This document shows positions 14,517-26,610 of a stretch of DNA of 64,000 nt, piece by piece. A program made the translations under genes and the position numbers. A model generated the notes under the pieces. That model did not search any database, was not told the DNA's origin, and saw only the letters and a program-made list of their open reading frames with translations. How positions within the stretch are numbered: the first letter of the stretch is position 1; each line of letters begins with the position of its first letter. This stretch comes from the human T2T-CHM13v2.0 reference genome, Homo sapiens, in assembly GCF_009914755.1 (NCBI RefSeq), contig NC_060929.1. One strand, given 5' to 3'.

Positions 14517-15874
14517 AAAATTAATTCAACTGTGAATATTTATATATGAAACTTGAATATATATTTTTCTGCAATATGATTTGGGTCATGTTGTCTGTGA
14601 TTTTTAACTACTATTTTTCCCAGCTTCATAATTGCTTAATTTTGATGATATATTCCAGTGTTTAGGTTGTTTGTTGAAAATACTGATGTTTAAGAAGGGA
14701 AGTATTTTAAGTCTGATATGTAACAATTTTTAATTATTAATACATATTAGATATTATTTTTAGTGACCGGTGTCACAAACATTAATAAAATACAATTTTA
14801 TTTCTCAAATAGCTTATGATTAAACAGAGAAAGTTGCATAAATTAAGTATATTTTGTAATAAGGTCAAAATAAGATTGTATAAAAATTCTACAGAAATTT
14901 ACTAATCAGATTTATATTATTCAATCTGTTATGTGTGAAATACAGTATACAATTAATAATGCATACTATATAATACATAATACAGAACAAAAAACTAATA
15001 CATAATTTCTTAAATATGATATGTGCATTGATTTATCTATAATCTATGTAAACACATCAAATTTAGTGGATTTTCTAGAGGGAATATATAAGTTTAATAT
15101 TATAAATGAAGACCAAACATGAATTTTGACCCAATAGCAATGGGGTCATGGCTACAGCAATGTCTTGAAATTTCTCTAAATTCTAGCATGAATACCAGAC
15201 TGACCAAAAAAAAAAATAGAACAACAAGTAATTTATGAACAAACATACTCCCTGAAACCACATAGGAGTTTCTTGAATGCTTGTGGAACTCCTGAGGGTG
15301 AGTGGCATGGCCAGTGCCCTTCACGGCTTTAAATCCATGCTGGACTAGCTATTGTCCAAGGGTAGGTGACAAGAAAAAGGGAAACAGTGAAGAAGCAGAG
15401 AGGTTATGGAATTCAAGAGTAACAAATAAAAACTTGCTCTCAAAAGGATGTAGAACAACAGTGTGTGAACTAAGTACAATACTATAAGAAAATGTGCAGG
15501 CTCCAGAACTTTGTAAGAGAAGACTAAAGGAAACACAGTAGGACAATGAGAAGATCAAACCATCTGAGCCTAAATTCCAAGGCATCAGTGAAAGTAGCAT
15601 AATACAGTTTGTCATAAAGACAAAGACCTACCATAGAGGAAAACATTTGACAATACAATTCAAGCTGAGAAGATGGTAACACTGGGAATCCTATGAAAGA
15701 TTGTCGAAGTGCTAGGAGTAAATAAATCCAGAATAAGCAGGTCTCAGAAAACAATATCAAAAAAATATATATAACATTGAAAGTGAGTCATCACTTTGGA
15801 AGGCAAGGCCTGTAGCATGCAGGACAATACAGAGTTAGAAAGGTTGAGTCTTCCTGCATCAGACTTATGTCATT

Positions 15875-15919
<45 letters not shown>
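15875..15919. repeat. (CA)n microsatellite
   Basis: Direct reading of the sequence. Confidence 0.95.
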
Positions 15920-15921
<2 letters not shown>

Positions 15922-16133
15922 TTGGCTCACATAGTTATTGAGGCTGACAAGCCCCAAGATTTGCTGTCAGCAAGCTGGAGACCTAAGAAAGCTAATGGTG
16001 TAGTCCCAGTACAAGTCTGAAAAGAATGCACATGCCATATCAATGTCCACACCAGGAACCTGGAGTTGTTATCTGCTCTAACAAAGTCTGAAGGTTAGGA
16101 ATCAGGAAAGTCAATGGTGTAATTTCCAGTGTA

Positions 16134-16292
16134 GGCCAGGCACAGTGGCCCATGCATGGTGGTGCGTGCGTGTAGTCCCAGCAACTCAGGAGACCGAGGC
16201 TGCAAGTGAACCATGGTTATAACAATGCACTACAGCCCGGGCAAAAGAGCAAGATTCTGTCTCAAAAAAATAAAAACTAAAAAAAAAAAAAA
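16134..16292 (+). mobile_element. Old, internally deleted Alu (AluJ/FRAM-like)
   Basis: ggccaggcacagtggc joined to right-arm tgtagtcccagc...tgtctc and an A tail. Confidence 0.8.
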
Positions 16293-16378
16293 GTTCCCGT
16301 CCAAAAATCAGCAGTTTAGAGATTCAAGAAGAGTGGATGTTTCAGTTCTTCTGAAGTCAGGAAAAGAATGATGTTCCA

Positions 16379-16694
<316 letters not shown>

Positions 16695-16760
16695 GAATGA
16701 TGTTCCAGCTCAAGCAGTCAGACAGGAAGAGAGTTCTCTCTCTCTCTTTTTTTTTTTTGT

Positions 16761-17716
16761 TCTATTCAGGCTCTCAATTAAAGGAATTGAGGTCCACCCC
16801 CATTAGCGAGGGCAGTGTGCTTTACTCAGTCTACAGAATTCAATGTTAATGTCATCTAGAAGCATCCTCACAGATACATGCAGAATCATGGTTGGTCAAA
16901 TGCCAGGGTACTCTATGACCCAGTCAAGTTGACACATAAATTTAACCATCACATCCACTATGAAATCCATTCCTATGACACCGTAATAACGTAGAGTATA
17001 GCAACTGTGGTGATGCCTCATTTGTGCCTACAATAGGCCATACTGATGCTCTGTCAGTCTGGTCACCTCTGGAAGGTAAGTGGGATTCCATGCTATTGAT
17101 CTCCATCCCTGCTACCGGGTCATTTTGTTCTCTAAATCACATGTGTCTTATACTTTCAGGATGCTAGCCATTTGAAGAGATCAACATGTTATCCTCAATG
17201 AAATGGATTCATGTACTGCTCTGTGCAATATATTGATAGTTCACATCCTTTTGGCTTACATTATGACAGAGGAGAGAGGAGTTAACATAGCCTGAGGTCA
17301 AATTTTACAAAGGCTTATTGTATATTTTAATGACATAAAGTTCTTTGTGATACATTTCTCTCATTGAAACAGAAGATAATGCACATGCCATATTAATGCC
17401 CACACGAGGAACCTGGAGTTGTTATCTGCTCTAACAAAGTTACCATCTCTGTCATGGCAGTTCTAATCAGGGCAACTAACTATTGGATTGACCTTGTAAT
17501 GACATATAATCATCTTTCAAGATCCATCTGGTTTCTGCAAAGGAAACAGTAGATAATCTAAATGAAGGTGAGATGAGGACCACCATCCCTACATCTCTTA
17601 CAGACGTAAGGCTGGCATAAATCTGCTAATCCCTGCCATACACACAGGACTGATTTTTTTCAGTAATTTGGTCATGGAAGGAGAAATTTCAGGGGCTTTC
17701 ACTTAGCTTTCCCTAT
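16761..17716 (+). repeat. Inverted duplication, left (source) arm
   Basis: Reverse complement of 20427-21372 along its length. Confidence 0.95.
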
Positions 17717-19900
17717 CATATTAGTTCTTTTCTACCAAGAGCCCAATTTTGAGGTTGTGCTAACTTTCAAGTATGTCAATGACAATTAAATACTCAGGGT
17801 CTAGGGTTCATCAATATGGTCCATATAAGCTGGTTTTCACCTGGCTCCCATATGTTCCCAATAAATAAGAAAGCTACGGTAATGTCTCAAAGTATCCATG
17901 TTTTAATGTCTATTAGACCCTACACCCTGTATTAGAAAAATGTGAGTAGCTCCCATTTCCCAATGTCCAATTAACTAACTGTATGGTCTTACTTCCCTTT
18001 GGTAAACGGTGAAGAAATAATTTCTATGTATACGTGCTATGGTCCTGGAGAATAATTGCACTTCAGAAAGAAGTCAACTGTGTTTAATGGGTGAGGTCTG
18101 CTCAATGGCTCAGGTCTGAAAACTATCCAAGGTAAAAGGAAATTTTTCTTAAGATGGCCTCCCTCAGATTCCCTGTTACCAAACTGATATCGTTTAGTTC
18201 TGTGTCCCCACCCAAATCTCATCTTGTAGCTTCCATAATTCCCACATGGTGTGGGAGGGACCTGGTGGGAGATGGTTTAATCATGGGGGTGGGTCTTTCC
18301 CATGCTGTTCTTGTGATAGTGAATAAGTCTCATGAGATCTGATGGTTTTAAAAATGGGAGTTTCCCTCCACAAGCTCTCTCTGTCTCGTTGCCTGCCACC
18401 ATCCATGTAAGATATGACTTGTTCCTCCTCGCCTTTCACCTTCCATCATGATTGTGAGGCCTCTCAAGCCATGTGGAGCTGTAAGTCCAATAAACCTCTT
18501 TCTTTTGTAAGTTGATCTTTCTTTCGTAAGTTGCTCTTTCTTTCGTAAGTTGTTGTTCTTTTGTAAGTTACCCTGAGACATGCCAGTCTCAGGTATGTCT
18601 TTATCAGCTGCATGAAAAGGACTAATAGACAAACCTTGGCTTCTTCCACTGGTTTAAGCTGAATAGTGTATTTGTCTTCCACCAATCTATTTTGTCCCCA
18701 GGGAGGTCACATTCTGTTAAGTCATTATAAGTCCCCAAGTATTTGGTTCCTGGGGCTGCTAATTCAACTTTGCTTGCCATTACATATCTGTGGTTAAACA
18801 CAACCTGGGTACTATCTGTTAAGTGCCACCGCCTAGACTCTCTTATTTCAAAGTCCATTCATAACTCATTGTTTTCAGCAAGACAAATTTTCTGACAGTC
18901 TTTCCTACCTCCATCCTTGAACTGCAAGGTAGAGCCACTGCTGAACTTTTTAGTGATGCTGCTACGTTTCTCACTGGGGCATTCTTGTGGCCCTGATAAA
19001 TCGTGTGTCTTCTCAGCCTTCCCAAATAACATTATCATCTTGCTCATCTTCAGGCTCTACATATTTTATCCATGCTAGCAAATCCACTACCCTGAACTTT
19101 TTATTCTCTTTATCCATCATCAGAAACGGCAATTCTAAGCATTTCAATTTTGCTCAGCTTGGCCATTGTGTATACCATGCCACTGAGAGCCAACTTATTA
19201 GGTAGTTTGCAGGCTCTCCTGAGGTTCTTTCCAGCTTGAGAAATCCTTTATCTCCAGAGAGTATTCTCAGCTAAATAAACTCTTTCTTTTCAAACTTTAT
19301 ATTTCAGCCCTTTCGTGAAGAATCTTCTAATCTTGTGCCACTCACACTTCCCAGGCTGCTGGCAATACTTGTCAGCTAAGCTTGTAGTCTTTAAATTACA
19401 GTTCTTTCTTTATCAAGCCCAGTGCATCTTCAGCTGGTTAATTTTCTGACTTAAACCTAGGTAAAAGCCAGGTGGTCCAAAGAAGATGTGAAGGCAGATT
19501 TTGAGTATATTGCCTTTCAGGATTATGGAGCTGATCACTCTTAATAGGGAGAAATGAGATATATCTGCAAGCTTAGATGTTTCAGAAGAGACAGAGCAAT
19601 CAATCCTCCAAGGACAGTCACCTGCATACCTAAATCCTGTTGCAGAATCTCACATTTTCCCAATGAAGCTCTCTCTTTGGCATAACAAATCTGTCTTCCT
19701 TGAGGGCTTAACCTCCTCTGAAGTTAATCACACAGTCCAATAAATATTGCGTTTCATGCTTGGCTTTCTATGCACTCCTGCTGCAAGACATGAGGGCTTT
19801 TTTTGTCACCATACCAAGGAGTACCTCATCCCTTTAGTTTTCATATCTCGTTATAAAATGATCTTTATTTTTCTCATTATTCTATTATCTTTCTGTAAAA
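16954..19900 (-). mobile_element. Degraded ERVL internal region (gag/pol remnants)
   Basis: Minus strand near 17545-17505 reads PLQKPDGS*KMI, resembling the ERVL RT motif PVQKTDGSWRMTVDY; abuts the MLT2 LTR; right boundary approximate. Confidence 0.75.
18185..18629 (+). mobile_element. THE1 (MaLR) solo LTR inserted in the ERVL internal region
   Basis: tgatatcgtttagttctgtgtccccacccaaatctcatcttg...ggactaataga; 5-bp TSD caaac on both sides. Confidence 0.92.
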
Positions 19901-20067
19901 AAAGCCAGCACATAATGGTGTATCAGGGACTGGGATTACAGAAACCAAAGAAAGTTGTAATGATCTCCTTATTTCTGCATAAATTTATGTCCAAATTAAT
20001 AACAGTGTATTCTCACTTTCAAAGCTGATTATTTCACTCTCTTCCCCACATCTCTTCAAGATAAACG

Positions 20068-20068
<1 letters not shown>

Positions 20069-20099
<31 letters not shown>
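20069..20099. repeat. (TG)n microsatellite
   Basis: Direct reading of the sequence. Confidence 0.95.
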
Positions 20100-20103
<4 letters not shown>

Positions 20104-20349
20104 AGTAAGTACAAAGCTCTCTATTATCTGAGGTCAAATTTTATACAAGTTTATTATATAATTTAAGTAAACAAAATAAATAAATGTTGTATATTTTAAG
20201 TACATAAATGTTAAACTCATTGCTGCTTCTCTGTTTTGTGGTTAGATAACATTTTGTTATGGGAATTCTCAAAAATATATATAAAAATAGCAGAGATTAA
20301 CATCAGGTTCATCCATGATGAACATATATAATATAGCAGACATCAGCAT

Positions 20350-20426
20350 CCAGGTTCATCCATTGTTGCCACAAATGACAGAATTTCATTGTTTTATGGC
20401 TAAAGAGTGTTCCATCGTATATATGT
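20350..20426 (-). mobile_element. Short L1MA 3'-end fragment
   Basis: ccaggttcatccattgttgccacaaatgacagaatttcattgttttatggctaaagagtgttccatcgtatatatgta. Confidence 0.75.
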
Positions 20427-21372
20427 ATGGGGAAAGCTAAGTGTAAGCCCCTGAAATTTCCCCTTCCATGACCAAATTACTGAAAAAATTGGTCCTGTGT
20501 GTATGGCAGAGATTAGCAGATTTATGCCAGCCTTATGTCTGTAAAAGATGTATGGATGGTGGTCCTCATCTCACCTTCATTTAGGTTATCTAGTGTTTTC
20601 TTTGCAGAAACCAGATGGATCTTGAAAGATGATTATATATCATTACAAGCTGAATTCAGTAGTTAGTTTCCCTTATTACAACTGCCATGACAGAGATGGT
20701 AACTTTGTTAGAGCAGATAACAGCTCCAGGTTCCTGATGTGGACATTGATATGGCATGTGCATTCTTTTCTATGTCAATGAGAGAAATATATTACAAAGA
20801 ATTTTATTTCATTAAAATATACAATAAACCTTTATAAAATTTGACCTCAGACTATGTCAAATCCTCTGTCATAATGTAAGCCAAAGGGATGTGACCTATC
20901 TATATATTGCAGAGTAGAACATGAATCCATTTCATTGAGGATAACATGTTGATCTCTTCAAATGGCTAGCACCCTGAAAGTATAAGACACATGTGATTTA
21001 GGGAACAGAATGACCCGGTAGCACAGATGGAGACCAACAGCATGGATTCCCACTTATCTTCCAGAGGTGACCAGACTGACAGAGCATCAGTATGGTCTGT
21101 TGTAGGCACAAATGAGGCATCACCACAGTTGCTATACTCTACAGTATTACGATGTCATAGGAATGTATTTCATAGTGGATGCGATGGTTAAATTTATGTG
21201 TCAACTTGACTGGGTCATAGAGTACCCTGGCATTTGACCAACCATGATTCTGCATGTATCTGTGAGGATGCTTCTAGATGACATTAACACTGAATTCTGT
21301 AGACTGAGAAAAGCACACTGCCCTCGCTAATGGGGGTGGACCTCAATTCCCTTAATTGAGAGGCTGAATAGA
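20427..21372 (-). repeat. Inverted duplication, right (derived) arm: ERVL internal sequence plus MLT2 5' part
   Basis: Reverse complement of 16761-17716; both ends are cut mid-element and flanked by L1 pieces. Confidence 0.95.
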
Positions 21373-21905
21373 CTATTTAATTTCTTTATTTAACCATTGG
21401 GTATTTAGGAGCATGTTGTTTAATTTCCATGTTTCTCCTGTTATTGATTTCTCGTTTCATACCATTATGGTCAGAACGTTATAATCAGAAAAGAAACTTG
21501 ATGTAAGTTCAACCTTTTTAAATTTTGTACGATTTCATTTGTGGCCTAAAATATAATCTGTCCTGGAGAATGTTTCATGTGCAGATGAAAGGAATGTGTA
21601 TTTTTCTGCTCTTGGATGGAATATTCTGTAGTTGTCTCTTAGGTTACTTTGATTTAGTCTGTAGTTTAAATCTAATGTTTTCTTATTGGTTTTCTGTCTG
21701 AATGATCTGTCCATTACAGATAGCGGGATGTTGCAGTCTCCTACTATTATTGTATTGCACTTTATCTCTACCTTCAGATCTATTAATACTTGATGTATAT
21801 ATTTAGGTATTCCAATGTTGGGTGCACAAATATGTACAATTGTTATATTGTCTTGCTGAAACCCCTTTATCATTATATAAGGAACTTCTTTGTCTCCTTT
21901 CCAAA
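21373..21905 (-). mobile_element. L1 ORF2 endonuclease-domain fragment (inverted relative to the adjacent L1 3' end)
   Basis: ORF 21535-21921: YIMIKG...TIIVGDCNIPLSVMDRS...YTFLSSAHETFSRTDYILGHK is L1 APE-like endonuclease. Confidence 0.9.
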
Positions 21906-21914
21906 TTAAATGTG

Positions 21915-22952
21915 TCTGCACAGCTTTGTCTCTTTTTATAAACTAAAAAGCTTCTGAACAGCAAAAAATATGATCAACAGTGTAAAGGGACATCCTACAG
22001 AATGAGATAACACACTTGAAAACCATACATCTGATAAGGGGCTAATATCCAAAACATATAAAGAACACAAACAACTCAGTATCAAGAAAAGAAATAAGCC
22101 ATTAAAAAAGTGGGCATAGGGATTGAATAGACATTTCTTAAAGGAAAATATACAAAGGTCAACAAGTCTATTTTAAAAATTGTCAACATCACTAATCATC
22201 AGATAAAAGCAAATTAAATTCACAATGAGATATCACCATGAATCTGTTTGAGTGGCTGTTATGAAAAACACAAAAGATAAATTTTGGTAAGAAGGTGGAG
22301 AAAAGGAAAACAGTGCACACTGTAGAAGGATATGGAGATTAATACTTCTGTTATAGAAAACAATATGAGGATTCCTCAGAAAATCATAAAAAGAACAACC
22401 ATAAAATCCTGCAATCCCACTGCTGGATATACATCAAAGGAAATAAAAGCATTATATAAAAGAAATATTTGCACTCTCATGTTTATTGCAGCCTTATTTA
22501 CAACAGCCAAGATATGGACTAAACCTAAGTATGTATCCATAGATGAACGGACAAAGAAAATGTGGGTCATATACACAATTCAATCCTATTACATACTATT
22601 CAACCAAGGAAAAGAAGGAAATTATGTCATTTACAGTATGGGCAAACCTGGAGAACACTATGGTAAGTGAAATAAGCCAGGCAAAGAAAGAGAACTACTT
22701 CATAAGTGAGATCTCATATGTGAAATTTTAAAATGTTGATCTCATAAAATAAATGACTATAGTTATTAATATACTGTATTCTTGGTAATGCTAAAACAGT
22801 GAATATTAAGTGTTCTTACCAGGAAAATAATAGCTATGTGAGGTAATGCATGTGTTAGTTATCTAGATCTAATCATTCTGCAATGTATATATATTTCAGA
22901 GCTCATTATGTACACAGTAAGTACATACACTTTTATCTGACAATTAAAAAAA
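21915..22952 (+). mobile_element. L1MA (L1MA4-like) ORF2 end and 3'UTR
   Basis: [17 protein letters not shown] motif; L1MA-type 3'UTR ending caattaaaaaaa. Confidence 0.85.
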
Positions 22953-24396
22953 CATTTAATATCAAGCAATAACTGTATGGTTTAAGTAACATACTTGCAT
23001 AAGATGAATTGTGTTTGTAGTTATTAAATAACTTGCTTTAAAAATATTCAGTAAAATGGAAAATATTCTTGATACAATGTTATATCAGAATAATAGTTTA
23101 CTGGATGTAATTTCAATAAAGAGCAGAGATGTAATATCAATATCCTAATAATTTTATATATGATATTCTAAATTTTATGTTACACAATGTAGATAAGAAC
23201 AAATATCACTACAAATAGACTGATTTTCAGTTAAATATGGTGAAACAAAGTTGTTACTTCTGTCCTGTTCTTAGCAACTCAGTGCCAATAACGAAAGTAA
23301 AACAAAGTGAAAAACGTCTATCTTTAATAAAAAAGAAAATATTTTATTGCTTAATAGAATGATATTTTATTAGAATAAGGAAATATGACCAAATTAAGGC
23401 AGAATTATGGAATCAAAAAGCAACAATACTTAATTTTTACTGGTTACTTGCATTTGCATTCATATCATGAACAATACTCGATAAAATAATACAAAGTTCT
23501 AAAAATAGATGACTAACTCTGTGATTTCTGAATTGAAGTTTGGAAAAAGGAGGAAGGTTGTCCCAAGAGACAGGGTGAGTGCTAAAACTACACATGTCTA
23601 CTGAACCAAATTGTATCAATAAGGTTGTCTCCCCAAAAATTTTTTGCATGGCAATCAAGTGAGGGCAAATCAATATCTCTATAGGAATGGTGAATACATA
23701 ATGGAGAATCTAGAATATATAACACATGATGGTATTCGGAAAAAGTTATAAATTCAGAAACACATATATGGGGTGGGAAAATGTCTCTCAATCTTCTTAT
23801 CAAATGAAAAGCAAGATCCAAAACCATAAAATGAGTAAGAGCCTACTGTTCGTTTAAAGTGTACTTATTAAAATGTGCATAGCAGAATGTTAACAGACGC
23901 TGCCTTTAGGGAGAGATAAAAAGCATAATGACATTAGGTAAGATAAAGGAAAATTTTTCTGTTTCATTTAATTGTTACATTTATACCTATTTGAATACTT
24001 TACATTTCACAAATTTTATATATATGTAAATGAACATAAATTAAATATTTAAACAACAGCAAAACATACGTTTTTCGTTTTTATCTTGTTTTGTTGAATG
24101 TTACATGCCTAGAACATTTTAGTATATTTATTGACTTTTAGTTACCTGTTTGAACTGCTAATTCCGGCCTTTGTCCACTGTAAGATTTATTCTATTAGTT
24201 TTAAGAAATTCCTCCACCCTATATTTATTATTTTACATTGCAAATGTTACTTCTCCATTTAGATATTTGTCTTTACTGTTGAAGTTTTTGATATTTAATC
24301 AAATCTCTCATTATATCTGCTTTTATTGTGCAGCTCAGAGTTTCAATTGTCTTCTAGATTATTTTAGTAATGTAATGCTCTTTACACTTGTCCATT

Positions 24397-24741
24397 TGTT
24401 ATGGAGTGAATGTCTCCATAAAATTCATGCTGAGATCTTATCTCCTATGTGATGATAATAGGAAGTGGCATCGTTGGAGGTAATTAAGATTAGATGAAGT
24501 CTAATGAGCATGAAATTAGTGCTCTTGTAAGGGTTGGGAGAGAGCTTGCTTCTTTTGCTTTCTGCTATGTGAGAATACAATGCAGTTTGCACATGAAATG
24601 CAGTCTGTCGTCTTCACATGTAAGAAAGCCCTTCCTAATACCTGACCATACTGACACCCTGATCTCAGACTTCTAGCTTCCAGAACCGTGAGAAATAAAT
24701 TTGTGTTATGTCTAAGCTGCCCAGTCTGTGGGAATTTCTTT

Positions 24742-24794
<53 letters not shown>

Positions 24795-24993
24795 ATACTT
24801 TAAGTTTTAGGGTACATGTGCACAATGTGCAGGTTAGTTACATATGTATACATGTGACATACTGGTGCGCTGCACCCACTAAGACATCATCTAGCATTAG
24901 GTATATCTCCCAATGCTATCCCTCCCCCCTCCCCCCACCCCACAACAGTCCCCAGAGTGGAATTTCTCAGAGCATCCAAAACTGACTAAGACA
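24397..24993 (+). mobile_element. MLT1A-type LTR interrupted by a young L1 3' end
   Basis: tgttatgg...ctgactaagaca; TSD ccatt/ccata. Confidence 0.8.
24740..24958 (-). mobile_element. Severely 5'-truncated young L1 (L1PA2/3-like) 3'UTR
   Basis: (TTTA)n tail, aggttagttacatatg, agtccccagagtg; TSD ggaatttct (24731-24739 and 24959-24967). Confidence 0.92.
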
Positions 24994-26115
24994 CCATATG
25001 AAATTAATTTGGATTTGTATTTCAGGATCTATATAAGAAGATCAGCCATCTTCTAATTAAATGTACACTTTTTAATCATCATATTATGATATTTATATCC
25101 TCTTGAAATCATAGAAAAAAGCATAATACTGTGGTTTGACAGAGAAAACATGTGTCTTAAAGGGAATATTCTGCCATCAAAGAGTAGGTCCTTAGTGAGG
25201 ACACAGAAACTGAACAGAAGATGTTAACTTGCTGGGTAAAAGGAAACTCATGTCTACTTTCTGGTCTTTAACCAGTATTCTTAATAATGCCAAATACTTA
25301 AGACAATTCACTTATTGTATTAGGTAATGGGATGTAGTCAATAATTTTACTACCCACTTGCTGGTTCCATGAAGATTAGCTGCTGCTTTGGAAAAGTGTA
25401 AATATCTACTTAAAAACAGTCTGAATATCTGTGGTTAATCATATCTTTCTTATCATCGTCTTTTCATGAATCTTCAGTATCATTAGTTGGAACCTTGAAT
25501 TGCTTTATTCTTCTTCAATTCATTTTCATTTACTCATTTGGAAGAAGAATTTTTTCCCGGTTTTTTGCATTGTTTTCTTCAGAGGGAATGTTTGGTATTT
25601 GGCAGCTTCACTATGACTTGCATTTTTAATAGCAGTTGAAGGAAGCTACATCTACAACCAGAAGAATCACTCATATGTTGCTTTATCAATTAAAAAAATC
25701 CTTATAATTTGCAAAAATGACCAGGATATATATGGGGGATGATTTATTAATTTTGTTTGATGACTCAGAAAGTTTTAATTCTCCTTACAGATGAAAAAAA
25801 TATTTTTATTCAATATTTTATCAGTTCTGACTTTTTAATGAAGTTGCAATTTTATATAAATTGAATTTTATTTTACATTTTTCTGTCTCTTTATTTTTCT
25901 CTACTCATAACTAGTTTTTATACTTTTCTTCTGAATTCTAAGCACATTTACAGAGTATACCTTTCATTGTCTTGATTTTCTGAGGAATATAACTTGTGGA
26001 TTTTTACGATTATAATAATTATAAATTTGATAATTATATTTTTAGTCAGGGATATATATTTTCTTTCTAATCTCTAGAATAAGCAGGTGAATTAAGAGTA
26101 ATGATAACCTGTTCC

Positions 26116-26610
26116 GACAGCAGCTGGGTCCTCGGTTTCTGTACTGGCCAGGCCACAGCTGAGGCAGCCTGTGTCCAGAGGCACTTGCCTAAGGGAAGGA
26201 GGGCTCATCTGGCAGTTGAAAAGCCTGTACCCACTTCATCATGCTCCATGGAGTGGATATCAAATTGCTGAATGCCTTCCTGAAGTTGCACCAGGCAGAA
26301 CAGGAGAGACCCAAGTTTATTGCCTGGCCCTATCTCCATATCCTGCTCAAGCCTTTTCCCCGGGGAGCTGGTAACCATACTTTATCTCATTCTTTCATGT
26401 GCTTCCACTTCTGACCTGCTATGAAGTTGAATAAAGATAACCTGGACCACCAGACACTGCAGATGGTGACTCTGCATATCTACCAGTAACCAGCAATATG
26501 CGCAGGACCTTAAGCTCTTCTTTTTGCTTGTATAAAATAAGGGCAAGCATACTGATCTCACTTCCCCTTGCCTGGGAAAAGAGATGGCTTAAATAAGTAA
26601 CTTCATTAGA
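26116..26610 (+). pseudogene. COX6A1: Processed pseudogene of cytochrome c oxidase subunit 6A1
   Basis: 26241-26414 translates MLHGVDIKLLNAFLKLHQAEQERPKFIAWPYLHILLKPFPRGAGNHTL, against COX6A1 ...[47 protein letters not shown]. Upstream SSVS and RPQL remnants; frameshifted C-terminus HVLPLLTCYEVE* matches HVNPLPTGYEDE*; 3'UTR similarity (ggaccttaagctc, gagatggcttaaataa); intronless. The symbol given is the parent gene. Confidence 0.93.

Noticed and set aside
18496-18570. Short direct repeats as a CRISPR-like array
   Set aside because: Tandem units without unique spacers, inside a THE1 LTR in mammalian DNA; no cas genes.
26171-26374. 67-aa ORF over the pseudogene
   Set aside because: Mostly out of frame with the COX6A1 similarity, and it has a GTG start.
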